Positions 32,662-42,536 of a stretch of DNA of 64,000 nt are shown here, piece by piece. Under the pieces are notes generated by a model that saw nothing but the letters and a program-made list of their open reading frames with translations, was not told the origin of the DNA and searched no databases. Numbering within the stretch: position 1 is the stretch's first letter; the number at the start of each line of letters is the position of its first letter. Origin of the DNA: Dehalococcoidia bacterium (GTDB lineage Bacteria > Chloroflexota > Dehalococcoidia > GIF9 > AB-539-J10); contig JAUWOR010000002.1 in NCBI GenBank assembly GCA_030612025.1, positions 96,001 to 160,000 on the forward strand, given 5' to 3'. Both the position numbers and the translations under genes were made by a program.

Positions 32662-33571
32662 CGTATAAAGTTTCCGGTAAGGAAAACAAAACCTTTAACT
32701 CTTGCGCTTTGCTTTCATCAATCCTACCTTTGGCTAAAGCAATGGGAATGGTTTGAAGCCCCAACTCTTTATAGGTAGTTAGCAATGAAGAGTTTTTAGC
32801 CTCAAGTGCATTTAGATGCTTGCTTATGGTGACTAAGTCACCACGGGCGATGGGTCCAGTAAGGCAATCAGGTAAACCAACGTTGTCAATATTATTCACT
32901 GTCCCTCTAAGCAAGGGAAGCAAAGCCCTCGCTGCCTCTTTTGGTGGCACTCCAAAACCTTGCCATAAATCTAAGGCTAACTTGACCAAGGTTACTAAGT
33001 AGTTGGAGACAAAAACAGCTGCTACATGATATAGCACCTTGTCTCCCGGCTTAAGTTCCACCCAATTGCCGTTCAAGAGAGAAGCTAACTTTTTCAGTCT
33101 TGATAGCAGAGGCTCTTCAGCTTCTACCACAAGGGTGGAACCAGGCAGATTATCCATAGCCTCACGAACACTGGCAAAAGTTTGTAGCGGATGGAAAGAA
33201 CCCACATTGACCCCAAGTCGCCTAGCTGGCTCCAGAATGTCAATAGAGTGAGCGCCACTGCAATGTATGACATTCTGTCCTTCATGCCATTTAACTTCGC
33301 TAGCTATTTCAGAGATAACATCATCAGGGGTGGTGATGAAGATTAATTCAGCAACATCGGCTACTTCCTGAGCTGTTTGGCAAACTCGACAATCGGCCAC
33401 TAGCCTGGCCAGTTTTTGTGCTGAGCTAAGATTTCGGCTGGATACAGCCACTACCGGGCATCCCCTTTGAAAAAGCCTTACTGCTAAGGCTGTGCCCACC
33501 GTCCCAGCACCAATAAAGCCGACTTTTAACTTCCTTGCATCAGTTATAGAGCTACGCATAACAAATCTCAA
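32651..33571 (-). CDS. panG: Rossmann-fold/DUF2520 oxidoreductase, probable alternative ketopantoate reductase
   Basis: IGAGTVG, HCSGA, SFHPLQTF, YHVAAVFVSNY, LTGPIARGD; first gene of the pan operon; start uncertain. Confidence 0.8.
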   Translation of the reverse strand: MRFVMRSSITDARKLKVGFIGAGTVGTALAVRLFQRGCPVVAVSSRNLSSAQKLARLVADCRVCQTAQEVADVAELIFITTPDDVISEIASEVKWHEGQNVIHCSGAHSIDILEPARRLGVNVGSFHPLQTFASVREAMDNLPGSTLVVEAEEPLLSRLKKLASLLNGNWVELKPGDKVLYHVAAVFVSNYLVTLVKLALDLWQGFGVPPKEAARALLPLLRGTVNNIDNVGLPDCLTGPIARGDLVTISKHLNALEAKNSSLLTTYKELGLQTIPIALAKGRIDESKAQELKVLFSLPETLYEAF

Positions 33572-33573
33572 TT

Positions 33574-33705
33574 AAAAAACCCTCCCGGCAATACCGAGAG
33601 GGTCCACAATTAGCCTTTTCCACCGTCTCGGTCGTTGCCGATCCAAGCGGGAATTCCCTACCTATCCTAATTTCAAGCTCACTGCCTTCAAAGGTCAGTG
33701 GCTAA
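33574..33705 (-). ncRNA. pan RNA motif leader with intrinsic terminator
   Basis: Bulged hairpins GCCACTGACC..GGCAGTGAGC and CCGCTTGGATC-GGCAAC-GACCGAGACGG, then a CCCTCTCGGT..GCCGGGAGGG-T6 terminator upstream of the pan genes. Confidence 0.8.
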
Positions 33706-33710
33706 TTTTA

Positions 33711-33739
33711 ATACTAGCACATTTTTTGTATCTCGTCAA
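33711..33739 (-). promoter_or_regulatory. pan operon promoter
   Basis: TTGACG-17 bp-TAGTAT with extended TG. Confidence 0.75.
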
Positions 33740-33744
33740 TAGCT

Positions 33745-34126
33745 TGTGCTCATTCACACGGTTGGTGACATGTTGTCTCCTCGTCTTGCCATCAGCAGGA
33801 TAGTCCGAAGTGAGCCTAGAACAAGCTCCACAATCCCTGAGATTACTAGACCGCCTTACCCCGGTCGGGGCTTACCCCGACCCTACAAGTCGCCTCTGTA
33901 TCCCCCTCACTCTAACTCTCTCCCGCGAGGGGAGAGAGAACCATTATGAATCTACCACACTACTTCAGCGCTTCCTCTCATGTAGTGAAGTTTCTTTTCC
34001 TTACAAGAGAGGATTAAGGTGAGGGTGAAAGGTGAACCAACCGTAGTGGCGGGGTTCATCCCCGCCTTGCTCTCACAATGGCATAAGAAACCGCCCGAGT
34101 TTCACCTATCTATCTGAACTGGATGA
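33745..34126. mobile_element. Composite palindrome cluster bounded by TGT-type terminal inverted repeats
   Basis: Left TGTGCTCATTCACACGGTTGGTGACA; right degenerate GTTTCACCTATCTATCTGAACTGGATGA; REP-like and CCTCTC modules inside. Confidence 0.55.
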
Positions 34127-34129
34127 TTT

Positions 34130-34906
34130 TTAGCTGCGAAGCTCGTTATAAATGACAGGCGCCAGCTCTCGAAGACAATGTTGGATGGAATTAACAGTAG
34201 AACTATCAAATAGTGGAGTGATAGAGATCCTATCTAGCTGTAAAGCCCACATATCGCTGCCAAGTTTATTATGATGTAAATCTCCACAGCGCATAATACG
34301 GTAATACCCCTCTTCACTATCCTGTTCCCTTTCTACCATATCACAATAACTTTGCTCGCTTAGCCTGGTAATCTCTACCCCGCCAATTTCACTTACCTCC
34401 AGGTTAGGCAGGTTAACATTTAACAGGACTTTATTTGGCAAGCTCCCGTCCTTGACCTTGGCAGCTAGCAAAGCTGCTAGCTTGGCAGCAGTATCAAAAT
34501 TCAAGTCCTCATAGGCATTCATCGAGATAGCTATGGATGGGATAGCATGCAAATAACCCTGGAGGGCAGCACCCACAGTGCCTGAGACAAAGATATCGCG
34601 ACCTATATTAGGCCCTCTATTAATGCCAGAAACAACCAGAGCTATCTCCCCGGGAAGCAACAACTTAACAGCTATGATGACACTATCAGCCGGCGTGCCC
34701 TCCACCGAGTAAACCTCTACCCCTTCTAACTTCGGCTCTATTTTACTTACTTTGATAGCTCGATGAAGGCTAATAGAGGTTCCCACCCCGCTTTGCTCCT
34801 GATGAGGAGCTACCACCACCACCTGCCCTATCCTCTGAAGTCCCTTTGCCAATACCCAAAGCCCCGGAGCAGCTATGCCATCATCATTGGTAACCAGTAT
34901 TTTCAT
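34130..34906 (-). CDS. surE: 5'/3'-nucleotidase SurE
   Basis: ILVTNDDG, EQSG, GTPADSV, SGINRGPN, SGTVGAA. Confidence 0.95.
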   Translation of the reverse strand: MKILVTNDDGIAAPGLWVLAKGLQRIGQVVVVAPHQEQSGVGTSISLHRAIKVSKIEPKLEGVEVYSVEGTPADSVIIAVKLLLPGEIALVVSGINRGPNIGRDIFVSGTVGAALQGYLHAIPSIAISMNAYEDLNFDTAAKLAALLAAKVKDGSLPNKVLLNVNLPNLEVSEIGGVEITRLSEQSYCDMVEREQDSEEGYYRIMRCGDLHHNKLGSDMWALQLDRISITPLFDSSTVNSIQHCLRELAPVIYNELRS

Positions 34907-34949
34907 ATTTCCTTGCCACTATTTACTGAGACGCTAGCGCGAGGGGCTT

Positions 34950-35237
34950 TCACACTACATCAGGCTCCACAAGCTTCTCATCAACATAAAGGTCATAGGC
35001 ATATGCAAACATGCCAGGCTGTACCTTTAGCACGCAAGGAACGCCAGAAACTTCAAAGTAAACTTCGGGGTTGGGGAAAAATGATATTCCTATTGAGAGC
35101 GCTTTAGCCGGGAACATCCCCACTCGCTCACCATCAACCTCCACTACCCCTATCGCAAGCCAGGGTTTGCGCTTAACTACCACAGTATGCTTCCGACCAC
35201 GAACTCTCACTGTCCAGGATTTACCCATTCTAGGCAT
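34950..35237 (-). CDS. Hypothetical beta-rich protein
   Basis: 95-aa ORF with AGGGG RBS, co-oriented with surE. Confidence 0.65.
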   Translation of the reverse strand: MPRMGKSWTVRVRGRKHTVVVKRKPWLAIGVVEVDGERVGMFPAKALSIGISFFPNPEVYFEVSGVPCVLKVQPGMFAYAYDLYVDEKLVEPDVV

Positions 35238-35316
35238 CGTTTACCCCTTTCCTATCCTAATTTCTTAATCTTATGCTCTGATATTCTGCTTTCTCAGATA
35301 AGTTCTGTCAAGCACG

Positions 35317-35660
35317 TGTACTCGTTCATATGATTGGCGACACTTGATTTCCTCCCTTGTCATTGCGAGCGAAGCGAAGCAATCTCCGTGGAAGTAGTAA
35401 GAACAATCGCCGATTCAAACCATCATTCTGACCTTGAGACCTGTAGTGGCGGAGTTCATCTCCGCCTCTACCTCGCCAGATAAGGGGATGGGAGCCGGGG
35501 GCACCCTTTTGGTCGGGGACAAGCCCCAACCCTACGGGGCTTTCTGCATATCATTCTGACTAAAGCGAAGGATTGCTCACCTAGCCTCTCCCTTGAAGGC
35601 AGAGGAACGGCAAAGGATGCCCTCCTCACAACTCCCTTTATTTGGCAAGGGACGTGAGGG
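35317..35660. repeat. Palindrome cluster starting with a TGT-type terminal motif
   Basis: TGTACTCGTTCATATGATTGGCGACAC, then TGTCATTGCGAG, GTAGTGGCGG and CCTCTCCC modules. Confidence 0.7.
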
Positions 35661-35741
35661 TGGCAAAATAAACAATCTATTTATTTGACACTCTTTGGTT
35701 TTTCTTGCTACACTCCGTCTAGTAAGTTTTTCGGTTTTAAT

Positions 35742-35816
35742 GGCCCCGTGGTGTAGCGGTTTTAACATGCCACCCTGTCACGGTGGAGATCAGGGGTTCG
35801 AATCCCCTCGGGGTCG
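35742..35816 (+). tRNA. tRNA-Asp (GTC), CCA not encoded
   Basis: GGCCCCG acceptor stem, CT-GTC-AC anticodon loop, GGTTCGAATCC T-arm; TTGACA..TACACT promoter upstream. Confidence 0.95.
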
Positions 35817-35874
35817 TATTTACAATGGGACAAGTAAAATTTAGTTCCCCCCAAAAAAAAGCACTAAGCCAACT

Positions 35875-36702
35875 TCACCTTCGCCTGCGCCTTCGAAATA
35901 GGGAAAGAAGCCACATCATTGCCAACACGCTGAAGAAGGGAGATATATGAATTCCGCTGCTGCCACCCCCTTTGGTAACAGTAGTGGAAGGTTTATCAGG
36001 TGGCTCCACCGCAATTATAGCTTCATTTTCAACTTCGTAAAACCCTAGCCTTTTTCCTATATACCTCTCCGGCATCCAACCTAAAGGGTTGTTTCCACCA
36101 GTAGCTTCAGCCCAAATCCAGCCAGGCTCGCCATTGACAGACAGGATTTTATTAGCTTTCTTATACTCCGGCAGATAAACCAATGCAGCAGTGTGGTCAG
36201 ATGCCAATACTATAGCGGAACGAAAACCTGCCCCCTTATACATAACGGCAAGCAAAACGGCGTAATCCTCACAGTCGCCGTAGGCAAAGCCCTCTTCCTC
36301 GATAGTAGCTGCCAGTTCATCGGCATTCTGAGCAAACTCCGGAAAACCAAACTGGTCTGCATCTGAGGTATATTTAACTTTGCCGCGGGTAAAAGCAAAA
36401 ATCTTCTCCGCCCTCTGATGAATATCAGCATAATCTTGGGCCAATTGCTGGCCGACCTGGTAAGCCTTATCAGCATTTTCTCCTAAGCTCTCACCTAGGA
36501 TAATGGGGCAGAATTCCGTTTCAGAATAAACTTGGAAAAAACCATCCTCCCCAACAGCGTTAGTACGGCATATATCCCAATCATCAAAAACCTCGCCACC
36601 CTGCTTATAGAAGTTTGTTGATGATACCGCCAGGGCAGAAGCAGGCAGCATCACCAACAAGATGGCTACAGAAAACAAAATGACCCTTAGATGTTTGGAC
36701 AT
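35875..36702 (-). CDS. Exported transglutaminase-like protein with C-terminal Gly-rich/TM/poly-Arg tail
   Basis: Signal peptide (ALA), GDCEDYA, DHTAAL, WAEATG; ends GGGSSG-hydrophobic helix-RRRRRR. Confidence 0.8.
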   Translation of the reverse strand: MSKHLRVILFSVAILLVMLPASALAVSSTNFYKQGGEVFDDWDICRTNAVGEDGFFQVYSETEFCPIILGESLGENADKAYQVGQQLAQDYADIHQRAEKIFAFTRGKVKYTSDADQFGFPEFAQNADELAATIEEEGFAYGDCEDYAVLLAVMYKGAGFRSAIVLASDHTAALVYLPEYKKANKILSVNGEPGWIWAEATGGNNPLGWMPERYIGKRLGFYEVENEAIIAVEPPDKPSTTVTKGGGSSGIHISPFFSVLAMMWLLSLFRRRRRR

Positions 36703-36708
36703 AGCAGC

Positions 36709-37176
36709 TTACAAAGGCATGATTAGAGCAGCGTGAATTATCAAACCAAAGAAAACCAGATAACCAAAAACATATATCCCTACGGCAACGGGATTCCGCT
36801 CAACGCTCCCAAAAGGTATTTTGGGCGTTAGTTTGTCTATGATGTAAAGCAAGGCTATGCCAAGAAGGAGGCTGACGAAAAAACTAACAGCTATCAACCC
36901 CAACCTCCTGGGTTCGACCAGGCTTTGCCAGAGCCCAGCACCAACCAAGACCGGCCCGGTTACCACCCCGTGGATAACTAAACCTATTAAAATCGAGAAC
37001 CCAGCAATAAAGAGTCCTACTGAAACGGGGTCTTCGCCTATTCTCTGCCGTTGGTGAATGTCTGGGGTAAGCGCATCCAATACCCTGATCCCAAGCCAGG
37101 CTAGAAAGGCACAAATGAACGTCCAGATTATGACTCGCCCCACCCAGAGCAATACAATTAGATAAAAAGCACTCAT
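36709..37176 (-). CDS. Membrane protein with two DUF350-like repeats
   Basis: Internal repeat (LDALTP..PVSVGLFIAG..GLVIHG / IDKLTP..PVAVGIYVFG..GLIIHA). Confidence 0.7.
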   Translation of the reverse strand: MSAFYLIVLLWVGRVIIWTFICAFLAWLGIRVLDALTPDIHQRQRIGEDPVSVGLFIAGFSILIGLVIHGVVTGPVLVGAGLWQSLVEPRRLGLIAVSFFVSLLLGIALLYIIDKLTPKIPFGSVERNPVAVGIYVFGYLVFFGLIIHAALIMPL

Positions 37177-37261
37177 AGCATTCTTCTCCTTAAAGGATAT
37201 CTATATTTTATTCAGTGTTATAAGCCTACCTCAAGCCAACCCACATTTGCAAGCTCTGCTC

Positions 37262-38055
37262 TTTGTCATTGCGGGCATAAAAGGTGGGGATGAACCCCGC
37301 CACTACGATTGGCTTTCCCTCTGTAGTACGACCCTTCAGAGTCGTGCGGCACGAGGCTAAAGCCTCGCACTACCGGCTGCCTTTCGTAGGGTCGGGGCTT
37401 GCCCCCGACCGAAGTATGAATGCATGGCAATAAAGGCATAACAATCGTAGGGGCGAAGCTTCATAATGGTCCTCTCTCCCCTCGCGGGAGAGAGTTAGAG
37501 TGAGGGGGATACAGAGGCGCCTTGTAGGGTCGGGGCTTATCCCCGACCAAGGTATGAATGTATGACTCCCATCCTTGCGAGGAGAAATAAATAGGCAATC
37601 TTTTGGTAGTACCCTCGTAGTGCGACCCTTCAGGGTCGTGCAGTTACCTGGGCACGAGGCTACCCCGTGTAGTAATCTTCGCTACTACACAGGGCTAAAG
37701 CCTCGCACTACGAAGTACTGACTTAATCCTCTCCCTTAAAGGAAGAGAAATTTCGGCTCGCAATGACGAGAGGGCTATCATTGCCAGGAGCTTTGCGGTT
37801 GCGAGGCGTAGCCGAAGCAAACTCGGAGTTGGATCCCCCGCTTGCGCTCGGAACAAGCTCCGCAATCCAGGGGGAGGAATGAGATTGCTTCGCGTCGCTC
37901 GCAATGACAAGGAAGGAAAACATATGTCACCAATCACATGAACGAGTTCGCTCTCTTTATCTTGCCAGCAAAAGATGCTAACCTAAAGAGATTCTTCGCC
38001 GAGTTTATCCTGAGCTGTATCAGATTCTTCGCTACGCTCAGAATGACAAGAAGGG
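37262..38055. repeat. Large mosaic of REP-like palindromes
   Basis: Several GTAG-initiated palindromes, TGTCATTGCG/CGCAATGACA, CCTCTCTCCC..GGGAGAGAG and CAGAATGACA modules; terminal motif at 37925-37950. Confidence 0.85.
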
Positions 38056-38071
38056 AATAGAGACTTCAACG

Positions 38072-38707
38072 ATGAAAACTTTGGTTCAATGCGATTTCGA
38101 TGGCACCATTACTGAAGAGGATGCTAGCTTCTTTCTTCTAGATGCCTTCGCCCAAGGCGATTGGCGGCAAGTGTTGCAGGAGTATAAGGAGCACAAGATA
38201 TCTGTGGGTGAGTTCAACACCAGAGCCTTCGCCATGGTCAAAGCTGACAAGGAGACATTGCTTGAGGCTATAAAGGGCAAAGTCAAAATACGAGCTGGAT
38301 TTCACAAACTGGTAAGTTACTGTAAAAAGAGAGATTCCAGGTTTGTCATTGTGAGCAACGGGTTGGAGTTCTACATAAAGGCAATACTAAAAGACATCGG
38401 CTTGGAAAACCTTGAGGTATATGCGGCGCAAAGCTCGTTCCACCCAGAAGAAACGAAAGTCCAATATATAGGGCCGGATGGGAGTCAATTAGACGATGGC
38501 CTGAAAGAGGCGTATATCAAATCATTTCTGAGACAGGGCTACAGGGTGATATATGTCGGCAATGGTGACTCTGATATCGTCCCGGCAAAGTATGCTCACC
38601 AAATCCTGGCCAGAGGTGAGCTGCTAGCTTATTGTAGGGAGAATAACCTTAAATGTAAGCCCTTTAATGACTTTACCGATGTTGTTAGGGCTTTGGAACT
38701 TCTGTAG
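38072..38707 (+). CDS. HAD-IB phosphatase, MtnX-like
   Basis: CDFDGTIT, VSNG, K, YVGNGDSD. Confidence 0.88.
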   Translation: MKTLVQCDFDGTITEEDASFFLLDAFAQGDWRQVLQEYKEHKISVGEFNTRAFAMVKADKETLLEAIKGKVKIRAGFHKLVSYCKKRDSRFVIVSNGLEFYIKAILKDIGLENLEVYAAQSSFHPEETKVQYIGPDGSQLDDGLKEAYIKSFLRQGYRVIYVGNGDSDIVPAKYAHQILARGELLAYCRENNLKCKPFNDFTDVVRALELL

Positions 38708-38861
38708 CTTCATCATTATATTCCATAATGCTATAATCAGTAAGCTGATAAGGAAATAACTCTCTGCTCAGGGTGATAGCTAAACACTCCCGGGCAAAAT
38801 ATGCCATGGTATATCAATGGGCTAAGCGAAATGTTCCCAGGTATTTTTGGGGATGTGAAAC

Positions 38862-39176
38862 ATGTTTAGACCTCGTATTTATATTGACACCTCCGTGATA
38901 GGAGCACGTGACAATATTGAATACGTTTCTCTTAATGAGGAGTCAATTACACTTGCTAGTGCTTACCTTGAGGATGGTGTTGTAGCTGAGAGTAGTCTTT
39001 CAGACGCACGACATATAGCAATTGCCACAGTAGAGCAAGTGGACATTTTGCTAAGCTGGAATTATAAACACATAGTCAACCTAAACCGCATTCGTCTATT
39101 GAATTCGGTAAATCTAAAGTTAGGATACCCTGCACTTGAAATTAGAAGTCCAAGGGAGGTGCTTTATGCAAGGTAA
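38862..39176 (+). pseudogene. PIN-domain toxin with apparent in-frame internal deletion
   Basis: IYIDTSVIG joins directly to the C-terminal half (DARHIAIAT, LSWNYKHIVN, IRSPREV). Confidence 0.6.
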
Positions 39177-39312
39177 GAAATTTGACGCTGTGGAGATGAA
39201 GCGCCAGTTACAGAAGGAGGCTGAACTGAAACTATCTCATTTGTCAGAAAAAGAGCAACTGGAACTATTACATAGGAAGTTTGGGCATTTGGTAAAACAA
39301 AAAGTACGCTAG
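39166..39312 (+). CDS. Small PIN-associated partner protein (48 aa), absent from the ORF track
   Basis: GGAGG RBS; MQGKKFDAVEMKRQLQ... overlapping the PIN stop. Confidence 0.65.
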   Translation: MQGKKFDAVEMKRQLQKEAELKLSHLSEKEQLELLHRKFGHLVKQKVR

Positions 39313-39376
39313 GGAAGCGACTCATGGGCTCCCGTAATGGAAGAGAAAAATTCATCCCCACCTACTCTTGTAGCTG

Positions 39377-42130
39377 CTATTCGAACTTCTGCCCTCCACT
39401 CAGCTCGAATTCCCCACCTTCAATTATCTCTAGCATTACATCTACCACATCGGGAGCATACTTTGTTCCCCTGCCGCTCCTGAGCTCTCTCAGAATCTCC
39501 GCTATACTCCTTGCCGGGCGATAAGGGCGGTGGGAACTCATCGCCTCCACCACATCGCAGACTCCTAGAATACGAACTTCCAGGCTCAACTTATCACCGC
39601 TGATGCCGTGGGGATAGCCCGAGCCATCCAGCCGCTCGTGATGATGCAAGGCCATATCAGCCACTGGCCAGGGGAGGTTTGTGTCTTTCAATATTAGGTA
39701 ACCTTGTTTGGTATGAGCATGGATAAGACTCCATTCCTCATCACTTAGCCTCCCGGGCTTGGCGAGAATGCTTTCTGGAGTAGAGACCTTGCCAATATCG
39801 TGGAGCAAGCCACCAATGTATAGCCCCTGGAGTCTATTCTTATCCAATCCCATCTTTTCACCGACAAGACGAGCTAGCTCGGCTACCCTCCGCTGGTGAC
39901 CTGAGGTATAGGGGTCTCGGGACTCCATGGCCCGGGAAACAGTTTCCGCCAGGTCAATAAAGGAATTCTCAAGCTGCTCTTGTGCTTTCTTGCGCTCAGT
40001 GATGTCCCTGTAGATGGCAAACATACCTACTCGCTTGTCACCAATCATGATGGGTGCTCCAAGGATGGAAACGGGAATTTCTACTCCGTCAGCTCTTTTC
40101 CTAATAGACTCTGCCACGACAACCTCTCCCTCCCAAGTCCTCCTGCTGAGACTCCTCCCTTCCTTCTTTCTGCTTCTTGGAATGATGTAGTCATCAATGT
40201 CTTTCCCCTTTATATCCTCCAACTTATATCCAAACATCTTCTCAAAAACAGGGTTTAGGTCTACAATCCGGTTCTGTATGTCAAGAGAGACCACAGCCTC
40301 AGGAGAGTTCTCAAACAGAGATTGGAAATACTTCTTTTGATACTTGACTTCTTCCTCCGCCTGCTTGCGCTCGGCCAGTTGTTGCTGAACTGCCTCGTAC
40401 AGCCGCGCGTTCTCGATCGCCACGGCGATTTGGTCAGCCAGGGTCTCCATTAGCATCACGTCGGCCTCATCGAAGGCATCGAATTCATCACTCTGTATAT
40501 CGAGCACGCCGATGACCTTCTGCCCCCTCTTGCTAGGTACCGCTAGTTCCGACTTTGTTTCCTCGTCCGCCTCGCGCACGTAATGGGGGTCCTTGCTGAC
40601 ATTCCCGCTGACCTGAGTTTTGCCGCTCGCTGCCGCGTATCCTGTCATCCCTTCCCCGATGGCATGATAGAGGTCCCTGGGAAAGATGTCTGCGTAGCCG
40701 CCTGCGATGGATTGCATAGTCAGGCGTTGGGCCTCCTCGTCAACCAGCAGTATCATCACGCCATAGTAATCAAAGGCATCACGCACAGCGGTCACGATTT
40801 CAGACAACAACTCATCCAGTTCTAACTTGCTGCTCACGCGCTGACTTACTTCATAGCCCAGCACAGCCTGAGATGCTCGCCGCTTGATCTCCTCCTCCAC
40901 CCGCTTTCGCCCGGTGATGTCTTCATAAGTAACTACGATTCTCCTCTCCTTTAAGCTCTCACCTATTCTCGAGTCACTCACCAGGCATATGATATCCCTA
41001 CCATCCTTGCGTCGGCAGGGAAATTCCAGACTGTAAGTTTGCTGTCTCTCAAGCGCAGGATAAGCGCGTCTGGCGATTTCCTCATATTCTTCCTCAGACC
41101 GATATAGCACTCTGGTAGTTTTGCCGATTAATTCCTCAGGCTTCCAGCCAAAAACAGCCTCCACACCCTTATTGGCGAAGACAATGCGGCGCTCGTGCAA
41201 ACCAATAACTGCATGAGGAACAGCCCCCAAGATAGAAGATTCCAGGGCTTCCAACTCCTGCAGCTTACTCCTTGCCTCCTTCTGCTCGGTGATGTCATGA
41301 TAGATTACCTGGAATTGTGTTTCCCCACCCCACATTACCACCCTACGAAACACTTCCAGCTGCCGAACTTCGCCATCTTTACGGACGATACTTATTTCAT
41401 AATGAGGCGGGACGAACTTCCCCAGTTTCCTCTTTTCTTTCCTTTCCTGGTGCTCAACATAGCTTTCCGGAGTATAGCGATTGCTTCTAGGCACAGCCTC
41501 CAGTTCCTCAAGGCTGCTGTAGCCATAAATGTCCAGAATAGCCTGATTAACATAAAGAGTTTCTCCTTCTGCCGAAACAATGCGAATGCCTAAAGGGGAA
41601 TTATCCAAAGAGCTTCGGAAATTCTGTTCTGATGCCCGCAGCGCTTCCTCCGCCCGCTTGCGCTCGGTGATGTCGCTACCGTTGATCAGTATCCCTATCT
41701 GCTTTTCTTTTTCATAAACAGGTGCAGACCCCGGCGCTATCTCGAGATCTCTTATCTCACCGGACCTTGTCTTTATCTTAACTTGCAACATCGGTTGTGG
41801 CCGGCCAAGAAATTCTTGTACCAGCGCGTAGAATGCCTTGGCGACGGAATCTTTAGTTAAGAACTTTAAGATGGATTGACCGACAAGTTGTTCTTTGGGA
41901 TAACCTGAAGCGTCCACGGCTTTCTTATTGGCGAAAAGTATCTTGCCTTTCCTGCTGAGAACGAGGATGATTTCATCTAAATTCTCTACAAGGAATCTAT
42001 ACTTCTGTTCGGATTCTTTCAGCGCCTCCTCCGCCCGCTTTCGCTCGGCCTTTTCTTGCTCTAGCTCAGCTACTCCCCGGCACAGTGATTCTATTTCTGC
42101 AGTAAGTTGTTCTTTCGTCTTATCTTCCAT
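39377..42130 (-). CDS. PAS-PAS-PAS-GAF-PAS-HD-GYP cyclic dinucleotide phosphodiesterase
   Basis: Four DIT(E/G) PAS ends, GAF segment, RDPYTSGHQRRV, HDIGK, HHERLDGSGYP. Confidence 0.93.
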   Translation of the reverse strand: MEDKTKEQLTAEIESLCRGVAELEQEKAERKRAEEALKESEQKYRFLVENLDEIILVLSRKGKILFANKKAVDASGYPKEQLVGQSILKFLTKDSVAKAFYALVQEFLGRPQPMLQVKIKTRSGEIRDLEIAPGSAPVYEKEKQIGILINGSDITERKRAEEALRASEQNFRSSLDNSPLGIRIVSAEGETLYVNQAILDIYGYSSLEELEAVPRSNRYTPESYVEHQERKEKRKLGKFVPPHYEISIVRKDGEVRQLEVFRRVVMWGGETQFQVIYHDITEQKEARSKLQELEALESSILGAVPHAVIGLHERRIVFANKGVEAVFGWKPEELIGKTTRVLYRSEEEYEEIARRAYPALERQQTYSLEFPCRRKDGRDIICLVSDSRIGESLKERRIVVTYEDITGRKRVEEEIKRRASQAVLGYEVSQRVSSKLELDELLSEIVTAVRDAFDYYGVMILLVDEEAQRLTMQSIAGGYADIFPRDLYHAIGEGMTGYAAASGKTQVSGNVSKDPHYVREADEETKSELAVPSKRGQKVIGVLDIQSDEFDAFDEADVMLMETLADQIAVAIENARLYEAVQQQLAERKQAEEEVKYQKKYFQSLFENSPEAVVSLDIQNRIVDLNPVFEKMFGYKLEDIKGKDIDDYIIPRSRKKEGRSLSRRTWEGEVVVAESIRKRADGVEIPVSILGAPIMIGDKRVGMFAIYRDITERKKAQEQLENSFIDLAETVSRAMESRDPYTSGHQRRVAELARLVGEKMGLDKNRLQGLYIGGLLHDIGKVSTPESILAKPGRLSDEEWSLIHAHTKQGYLILKDTNLPWPVADMALHHHERLDGSGYPHGISGDKLSLEVRILGVCDVVEAMSSHRPYRPARSIAEILRELRSGRGTKYAPDVVDVMLEIIEGGEFELSGGQKFE

Positions 42131-42240
42131 ATCTACCCCTTGTAGTTAACGACAAAATCTTCTATGAGTCACCCTCACCTCAATCCTCTCCCTTGACGGG
42201 AGAGGAATATTCGCATTGCGGAAGTAATTCGAGCCAACAT

Positions 42241-42465
42241 TCAACTATGCGTTTTATGCACTTCATTTTTGGATTTATCCAAGAAATCAACAATATCCTC
42301 CCGCCTGAACCTTAAACTACGGCGAGGGCCGATGCTATATGATTTCAGCAGTCCTTTTTTCTCCCACCTCCTGACCGTATTGGGATGAATATTGAGAATA
42401 GAGGCAACTTCCTTTACAGTGAGCATCTTTTGAGGTAGTTTATTCTCATGACCTTCTGTATCCAT
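42241..42465 (-). CDS. Excisionase/MerR-like helix-turn-helix protein
   Basis: MLTVKEVASILNIHPNTVRRW..G.L...RF; GGAGAGG RBS. Confidence 0.88.
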   Translation of the reverse strand: MDTEGHENKLPQKMLTVKEVASILNIHPNTVRRWEKKGLLKSYSIGPRRSLRFRREDIVDFLDKSKNEVHKTHS

Positions 42466-42536
42466 TATTATCCTCTCCTATGTTATAAGTAACCATTGGC
42501 TATTTCAAATATACATTGGCTTCTTCTTAAACACAA

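Noticed and set aside
33746-37937. Short ORFs inside repeat clusters (33746, 33810, 35326, 35577, 37695, 37723; also 59619, 59625)
   Set aside because: They are mostly translations of palindromic repeats with no convincing RBS or domain motifs.
37262-38055. Possible CRISPR array in the repeat-dense region
   Set aside because: The repeats are heterogeneous palindromes in both orientations, with no constant repeat-spacer period and no cas genes.
42241-42465. Prophage or ICE excisionase
   Set aside because: No integrase, att pair or phage genes nearby; treated as a regulator.
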